Below, piece by piece: positions 58,266-64,000 of a stretch of DNA of 64,000 nucleotides (positions within the stretch are counted from its first letter, which is position 1; the number at the start of each line of letters is the position of its first letter). The notes below the pieces were generated by a model. It did no database searches. It worked only from the letters and a program-made list of their open reading frames with translations, and was not told the origin of the DNA. This stretch comes from Acidobacteriota bacterium (GTDB taxonomy: Bacteria; Acidobacteriota; UBA6911; RPQK01; JAJDTT01): the NCBI GenBank assembly GCA_965217775.1, contig CBDCJH010000002.1, positions 768,001 through 832,000 on the forward strand. The letters run 5' to 3'. Made by a program: the position numbers and the translations under genes.

Positions 58266-60017
58266 GTGAACGTAACCGACGCGGAAATCCGCCAGCGTTT
58301 GCGCCTGGGCGAGGACAGCGGCTGGGAGTTCAAGCAGATCGAATTTAGTGGCGATCGCCCGACAAGCCTCCGGCGAGAGGACCTCTCCGATGAGATTGCG
58401 GCCTTCGCCAACGCGAACGGGGGCGTGCTTCTTTGCGGGATTTCCGACGGCGGTCGGATCCAGGGTATGTCCCCAGAGCAGATGGCCGCTCTTGACCACC
58501 TGTTGGTCGAAGTGAGCACGGACGCGGTGGAACCTTCCCTTCGCATCCACGTTCACCATCGAGAACTCGACGGCAGGGCCTTCGTACTCGTGGCTGTACC
58601 GCGGGGCGATGCCGTACACGAGCGAGCCGGTCGCGCATTCATCCGGGTCGGCGCAACCAAACGCCGCCTCGGCGGCGACGAGCGTCTGCGGCTGGCGCGA
58701 GGACGCGCCCAGAGCCGCTACGTCTGGTTCGACCGGCAGATTGTTCCGCAGACCGGCTTCGAGACCCTCAACGAGCGTCTTTGGGAACCGCTGCTCAGCG
58801 TGGCAGGAGCGTCTGACCCTCGCCGGGCTCTGATGAACCTTCGGCTTCTGGCGCCCGATGAAGCCGATGTGGACCGGGCCACGGTAGCTGGCGTGCTGCT
58901 CTGCACCAACTCTCCCCAGGACTGGTTGCCGCAAGCGACTATCGTGGCGACCCGCTATCGCGGCAAGGAACGAGCCTCCGGCCAGTTGGACGCACAGGAA
59001 ATCGCAGGGCCGCTTCCCATCCAGATCGCTCACGCGGTGAAGTTCGTGGTCCGCAACATGCGCGTATCGGCACGCAAGACGCCTTCGCGAGAAGATGCGC
59101 CGCAGTACAGCAAGTCTGCGGTGTTTGAAGCCGTGGTCAACGCGGTTGTGCACCGCGACTACTCAATGTCCTCGCGCCGGATCAGGCTGTCGATGTTCAA
59201 GGATCGGCTGGAGATTGACTCGCCCGGTCAACTTCCCAACGGGATGACAATAGACAGCATGGATTCGAGTCAAGCAACACGCAACGAAGTTCTCGCTTCC
59301 GTGTTTGGACGAATCCCCGTGGGCGACGTTCCCGGGTCTCGGCATCGCCGATACATGATGGAACGCCGAGGGGACGGCGTCTCGATCATCCTCACGGAAA
59401 CCCGCGAGACCGCCGGCATTGAGCCGGAGTACAGAGTCATTGATGTGTCGAGTCTGGTGCTGGCTATCCCGGCGGCCAGACTCGAACTCACACCGTCGGA
59501 CGCCACGGTCACGGTGCACATGGAGGGCGAGCCTCTAGTCGGCGTCGACATCCTGGCCCTGTTTCCGAACAAGACTTGGCAACGGGCAACAACCGACGAA
59601 GCTGGCGAAGCAGACTTCGACCTGTACACGACGCATCTGCCGATGACCGTTTACGCCGCAGTCTCCGGGTACACTGCCGGGTTGGCACGGGAGTGGACTC
59701 CGCGCCAAGGCGGCCTGTTGCTGGAACTGGCTCCGCTCCTGGCCGGAGGCGCGATCATTTTTCCACAGTCTACCGGACATCTCCCCGGACTTCGCGGACG
59801 GCTGAACCCGATACGCGATACTTCCGATCGGACCTATCTGTACGCAGACAACGTCGCCATCGAGCAGGGACGGCAGCAGCCGGTGTCGTTCCGGCTGGGC
59901 AAACCGATGAGGCTAACAGACGCGTTCGGTGTCGAAATGTCAGTAACCATAGTCGACATCATTGGGAGTTCGGCCCTAGTGGAATACAGGCCCTTCGAAA
60001 CCAGCAAGAACCGGTGA
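58266..60017 (+). CDS. Schlafen/AlbA_2 plus HATPase_c_4-like protein with a beta-rich C-terminal extension
   Basis: GEDSGWEFK, AFANANGG.LL.GI.D, EAVVNAVVHRDYS, SPGQLP, MERRGDG. Confidence 0.85.
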   Translation: MNVTDAEIRQRLRLGEDSGWEFKQIEFSGDRPTSLRREDLSDEIAAFANANGGVLLCGISDGGRIQGMSPEQMAALDHLLVEVSTDAVEPSLRIHVHHRELDGRAFVLVAVPRGDAVHERAGRAFIRVGATKRRLGGDERLRLARGRAQSRYVWFDRQIVPQTGFETLNERLWEPLLSVAGASDPRRALMNLRLLAPDEADVDRATVAGVLLCTNSPQDWLPQATIVATRYRGKERASGQLDAQEIAGPLPIQIAHAVKFVVRNMRVSARKTPSREDAPQYSKSAVFEAVVNAVVHRDYSMSSRRIRLSMFKDRLEIDSPGQLPNGMTIDSMDSSQATRNEVLASVFGRIPVGDVPGSRHRRYMMERRGDGVSIILTETRETAGIEPEYRVIDVSSLVLAIPAARLELTPSDATVTVHMEGEPLVGVDILALFPNKTWQRATTDEAGEADFDLYTTHLPMTVYAAVSGYTAGLAREWTPRQGGLLLELAPLLAGGAIIFPQSTGHLPGLRGRLNPIRDTSDRTYLYADNVAIEQGRQQPVSFRLGKPMRLTDAFGVEMSVTIVDIIGSSALVEYRPFETSKNR

Positions 60018-60201
60018 GAGTTTGGCCGAATATCTTGAAAGTAAGGTTTCCTTTTCCCCCTCAAATTGGGGGATGTAGTCAGGATAATCCTTAAAGTGCC
60101 TCGATGCCTTTCCGATCTCTGGCTTCCAGTCGCAGTATGGTTCGGATCTCGTTGCTTCGTCAGAATCTCGCCCAGGCCCAGGAACTACTATTAGTCCCCA
60201 C

Positions 60202-60241
60202 ATCCCGTAGCTCAGTTGGACAAAGCGACGGACTGTCAGTC
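60202..60241 (+). other. 5' tRNA half forming the right att end of the small element
   Basis: ATCCCGTAGCTCAGTTGGACAAAGCGACGGA; first 29 nt match 53254-53282 at 25 positions. Confidence 0.75.
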
Positions 60242-60280
60242 CCCCCAAGCCCCGGAACCGGGGGTTGCAAACCCCCGCTC

Positions 60281-61660
60281 CTAGAGCCGGATCGGGATCA
60301 GGAGCATGGCGATCACGCTGAAGCAGAAGCAGGCCAGACCCACCAGTGACGAGTAGCCCACCACGTCCCCGAACCGCATCCGCGTCAATGACAATATCGG
60401 TATCGCCCAGAAGGGCTGGATAAAGTTCGTCGTGGAGTCGCCGTAGGCATAGGAAAGCAGGATCGTGGTCACCGAAACCCCCAGTTCCTCGCCGGCGGGG
60501 ATCAGGAAGGGGGCCTCGATCATCCACTTGGAGCCTCCCGAGGGAACGAAGAGGTTCATGAAACCCGAATAGGCGTAGACCACGATCGGATAGGTGCCCG
60601 CGGATGCCAACTTGGCGAACAACCCGCCCAGCCAGGCACCCAACGCCGTGTTGTTCATCACGCCGAAGATGCCGGCATAGAAGGGGAACTGCAGGATGAT
60701 TCCCCAGGTCGCGCCCGCACCTTTGCGGCAGGCCTGGATGAAGGAATCGGGGCGGCCATGGAGCAGCAGAGCGGTTCCCAGAAAGAGCATGTTGTAGCCG
60801 TTGATGGTCCACGCCGTCCCAAAGCCTCGAGTGACCAGGGTATGGCCCAGGGGATAGAGGATCAGGACCACGGCCAGCGCAATCCAGCCGCGGAAACGTT
60901 CGAGAGCGCCGGCCGGTGTCGAGATCCTCTCCGGAAGCAACGGCGGTCGAGGCAGGATAGCTTCCACCTGCTCCGTAGAGAGCGTGATCCGATCTCGTCC
61001 GGGGTGCAGCAGAAGGAGGGTGGCCAGCCCGACGGCGGCGATTCCGACGGTATAGATCAGGTTGAAGGGGTTGAACAGCGTCTCGGTGACCGGTAGCAGG
61101 CGATCCACCACCGGCTGTCCCGTGGCCGGTTCCAGGAACGGATTCCTTGGAGTGGCCATGATGAGGGGCGCGGAAGCGGACAGCCCGCAGTGCCACACCG
61201 TCCCCATCCCCAGGTAGGCGCCGACGATCAGAATCCGGATGTCCGCCCTCGGATTGTGACGGCAGACGAAGGGAATGAAGAGGGCGCCGCCGACGATGCA
61301 GAAGGCCCAGTTCAGGTATCCGGTGACCAGCGAGAACAGGCCCGCCAGGAGCACGGCCTGAAGTGGCCGCTCGGGGTCGGGAATCCGGGCGATGCGATCC
61401 AGCAGCCGGTAGACCGGCCGCGACGACACGCAGGCGTGGGAGGCCACCATGGCGATGGCGAATTGCATCGCCAGCTCCAACAGGGTCCACATGCCTGTCC
61501 CCCAGGCCAGGACCGCCGCCTCCAAGCCCACGCCGGCGCCGGCCACCGCCAGCAGCAGGGCGGCGGCCGTCAAGAACATGCAGATGACCCAGGAATCGGG
61601 CACCCAGCGTTCGGTGAAGCGGGAAAGCGAAACGCCGAGATGTCGGAACCACTCGATCAT
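60281..61660 (-). CDS. atoE: Short-chain fatty acid transporter (AtoE family)
   Basis: ERWVPD, QFPFYAGIFG, FVPSGG.KW, YGD.TTNFIQPFWA. Confidence 0.85.
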   Translation of the reverse strand: MIEWFRHLGVSLSRFTERWVPDSWVICMFLTAAALLLAVAGAGVGLEAAVLAWGTGMWTLLELAMQFAIAMVASHACVSSRPVYRLLDRIARIPDPERPLQAVLLAGLFSLVTGYLNWAFCIVGGALFIPFVCRHNPRADIRILIVGAYLGMGTVWHCGLSASAPLIMATPRNPFLEPATGQPVVDRLLPVTETLFNPFNLIYTVGIAAVGLATLLLLHPGRDRITLSTEQVEAILPRPPLLPERISTPAGALERFRGWIALAVVLILYPLGHTLVTRGFGTAWTINGYNMLFLGTALLLHGRPDSFIQACRKGAGATWGIILQFPFYAGIFGVMNNTALGAWLGGLFAKLASAGTYPIVVYAYSGFMNLFVPSGGSKWMIEAPFLIPAGEELGVSVTTILLSYAYGDSTTNFIQPFWAIPILSLTRMRFGDVVGYSSLVGLACFCFSVIAMLLIPIRL

Positions 61661-61716
61661 GGGCTGAGGTTATTTCGCCTTCGCTGGGATCCGGCTCCGC
61701 GGGCCATGGCGGAATG

Positions 61717-62685
61717 TCAGGCGTTCCCGGCGGGCGCCGGCCGGCGTTCCCGGTACCAGTCCGCGGTCCGAGTGAGCTCGGCCTGGAAGTCGTTGGTCGG
61801 ATTGAATCCCAGCTCGGCCCGCGCCTGCGAGATGTCGGCCTGGGTGTGCGCCACGTCGGCGGTGCGGGGCGGCCGGCGTTCGAGCGGGAGCTTCCTGCCG
61901 CTGATCCGCTCCAAGGCTTGCTGGAGTTCGAGCAGGGAATGGGCCTGCCCCTGTCCGATGTTCAGCACTTCAGCGGAAAAGCTACGCGGTCGCACCGCGG
62001 CGGCGAGGTTGGCCTGGACCACGTTGTCGATGAAGCAGAAGTCCCGCGTCTGCGTGCCGTCCCCTTCCAGATAGGGCTGGTACGAAGGATCAACGTACAG
62101 GTGATGAAGCCACGCCGGCAACACCGTGGAATAGGCGCCGCCGAAACGGGCCCCGGGTCCGAACACGTTGAAGTAGCGCAGGCTCACCACGTCCAGACCG
62201 TAGAGGCGATGGAACATCCGGCACCACTGCTCTCCCTGCAGCTTGGTCAGAGCATAAGGCGACTGTGGGTGGCAGGGATGCGTCTCGGGCGTGGGCAGGG
62301 TGTCGGCGCCGCCGTAGACGGAGCTGCTGCTGGCGAACACCAGCCGGCTCTCCCCCACGAGACCGGACTTGAGCATCGCATCCAGCACCGAGATGGTGCC
62401 GGTCAGATTGGGCGTGGCGCTCCTCAGAGGTTCCTGGACCGAATAGGAGACTCGCGGCACGGCCGCCAAATGGATTACCGCAGAAGGCTTGGTTTCCCGG
62501 AACAGGCGGCGGAGCCACTCCGTGTCGGTTACACAGCGGACATGATATAGGACTCCGTCCACCGGGCGCCTGGAGGAACCCTCGGACAGGTCGTCGACGC
62601 CGATGACCTGATGGCCCAGGTCGATCAGCCTCCGGCAGGTGTTCTGGCCGATGAAACCGTTGCTCCCGGTGACGACCAGCTTCAT
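61717..62685 (-). CDS. NAD-dependent nucleotide-sugar epimerase/dehydratase
   Basis: VTGSNGFIG, ASSSSVYG, YALTK, LRYFNVFGP, TRDF. Confidence 0.92.
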   Translation of the reverse strand: MKLVVTGSNGFIGQNTCRRLIDLGHQVIGVDDLSEGSSRRPVDGVLYHVRCVTDTEWLRRLFRETKPSAVIHLAAVPRVSYSVQEPLRSATPNLTGTISVLDAMLKSGLVGESRLVFASSSSVYGGADTLPTPETHPCHPQSPYALTKLQGEQWCRMFHRLYGLDVVSLRYFNVFGPGARFGGAYSTVLPAWLHHLYVDPSYQPYLEGDGTQTRDFCFIDNVVQANLAAAVRPRSFSAEVLNIGQGQAHSLLELQQALERISGRKLPLERRPPRTADVAHTQADISQARAELGFNPTNDFQAELTRTADWYRERRPAPAGNA

Positions 62686-62897
62686 ATTGTCGAACCTCTC
62701 CTGATCGTTCTCACGATCGACCGAGAGGCACACGTCGACCTGCGGCGGTTGATCACGATTCTCCCCTCGTCCATCGCCGGCGCCCACATCAAGGGACCGT
62801 AAATATAACCGCGACGAGTTCTTAAAATAGCAGAGTCGACGGACTCAAATCGGCATGGTGTCGGAGGTTGATTCATTTTGTGTGGTGGCAGGGAAAT

Positions 62898-63980
62898 TCA
62901 ACGGCCGGAAAGGTACGGCCGGAGCCGAGGGGCGATATCGGCGCTGAACCAAGCGGCGCCGGAAGGGGAGAGATGGTGCCCGTCCGTGAAGAGACTGGCG
63001 TCGGAGTAATCCTGGAGAGGGTGCAGAACGTCGACCCCTTTCTCTTCGGCCAGAGATTCCAGCAGGCGCTGGTTTCGGGAGGTGGCCGGCTCATGGACCC
63101 GGAGGAACGAAGGGTGCAGGGGCATGATCACGAAGACGGGGTTGATCCCGGCGTCTCTGACCTCGTCGATCAGCCCTGACAGATTATTCCGGTCGACGGC
63201 ATTCTCTTCCGTGAAACGGGGCCGGTCCCCCTCGCTCCGGTACTCGCCGCTGGTCAGCAAGGCCCACAGATCACTGTGCCACCCATACCGGGTCTGCAGG
63301 CCGGCCACCCGTTCCGCCTCCCGGAAGGTCATGGAGGCGTCGACGTAGGGAGTGACGTAGCAGTCTCCCAGAAACCAGCACTTCAGGTCCGGGATCAGCT
63401 CCTGATGGATGAGGTCGGAACGGTAGCGGTAGAGGGCGAGATGGCGAGCCAGGAAATGGGAGATCATCGTCCCGATCGAATCCTCGGCACCCGATTCGGG
63501 ATGAGTCATCCGAAAATGCAAAGAGTCCCGGTAGAGGCGGATCAGCCGTGTGGACTTTGCCGTCGTCAGGAGCCAATCCGGACTGACCCCGAACACCAGG
63601 GTCCCGGGCCGAATGCCGTTGCCCAGGAGCAGTTCGGGCAGGAAGACCCGCCGTGTGAAGCGGACCGTCTGCGAGCCGGTGCCGAAGTTGAAGAAAGTCT
63701 CGGGCGGCAGGTTCAACGCGCGGCCGATCACTTCCGGGTCGAATCCGCACTTGGTCCGGGAATCTCCCGTAAAGACGATCCGCGGCGGCTGCTCATATCT
63801 GAGGACGCTGGCCAGACGTTTCGTCACGCGGGGATCGTGGGTCGGAATCAAGCGGACGTCGAACTGGGGAAGGACGATCGTTCGGACGTTGAGCTCGACA
63901 AAGGTCCAGTCCAGCAATTTGACGGCGGCAGCGGCCAGCAGGAGCGTCCCCAGAACCCTGAGACTCAGGTTTGCCCGCAT
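62898..63980 (-). CDS. SGNH-like membrane-anchored protein (putative polysaccharide acylation)
   Basis: N-terminal TM, GDSR, FTDGHHLS..G. Confidence 0.6.
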   Translation of the reverse strand: MRANLSLRVLGTLLLAAAAVKLLDWTFVELNVRTIVLPQFDVRLIPTHDPRVTKRLASVLRYEQPPRIVFTGDSRTKCGFDPEVIGRALNLPPETFFNFGTGSQTVRFTRRVFLPELLLGNGIRPGTLVFGVSPDWLLTTAKSTRLIRLYRDSLHFRMTHPESGAEDSIGTMISHFLARHLALYRYRSDLIHQELIPDLKCWFLGDCYVTPYVDASMTFREAERVAGLQTRYGWHSDLWALLTSGEYRSEGDRPRFTEENAVDRNNLSGLIDEVRDAGINPVFVIMPLHPSFLRVHEPATSRNQRLLESLAEEKGVDVLHPLQDYSDASLFTDGHHLSPSGAAWFSADIAPRLRPYLSGR

Positions 63981-64000
63981 CTCACCTACTCTACAACGCG

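Larger units (their letters stand above)
57795..60241. mobile_element. 2.4-kb integrase-less element related to the large island, inserted in a REP-like palindrome
   Basis: Core GACTGTTAGTC (57795-57805) versus GACTGTCAGTC (60231-60241); left end and tRNA-half right end are in the same register as the large island. Confidence 0.78.

Overview
GC-rich bacterial chromosome segment. The PSD1/DUF1553-DUF1501 and DUF1552-DUF1592 modules suggest an Acidobacteriota- or Planctomycetota-like host (inference). Housekeeping and metabolic genes (Rieske/cytochrome b-c, MFS, dehydrogenase, msrA, aldolase, atoE, epimerase) are interleaved with six toxin-antitoxin loci and a dense, nested mobilome. Three observations stand out. 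(1) An intact TnpB (21803-22978) lies alone between IS1595-type terminal inverted repeats with a perfect 8-bp target duplication; its predicted omega-RNA appears to use the IS1595 end, and an autonomous IS1595 with near-identical ends is 12 kb away. (2) Two related integrative elements (30855-53293 with a tyrosine integrase; 57795-60241 without one) each carry a 5' tRNA half at the right end, yet both split REP-like palindromes that mimic an anticodon stem-loop rather than a tRNA gene. (3) The large island holds a repeated oriT-like cloverleaf module in two hexamer variants, integron-type cassettes without IntI, and several candidate defence genes. All family calls come from motif recognition by eye; no searches were run.
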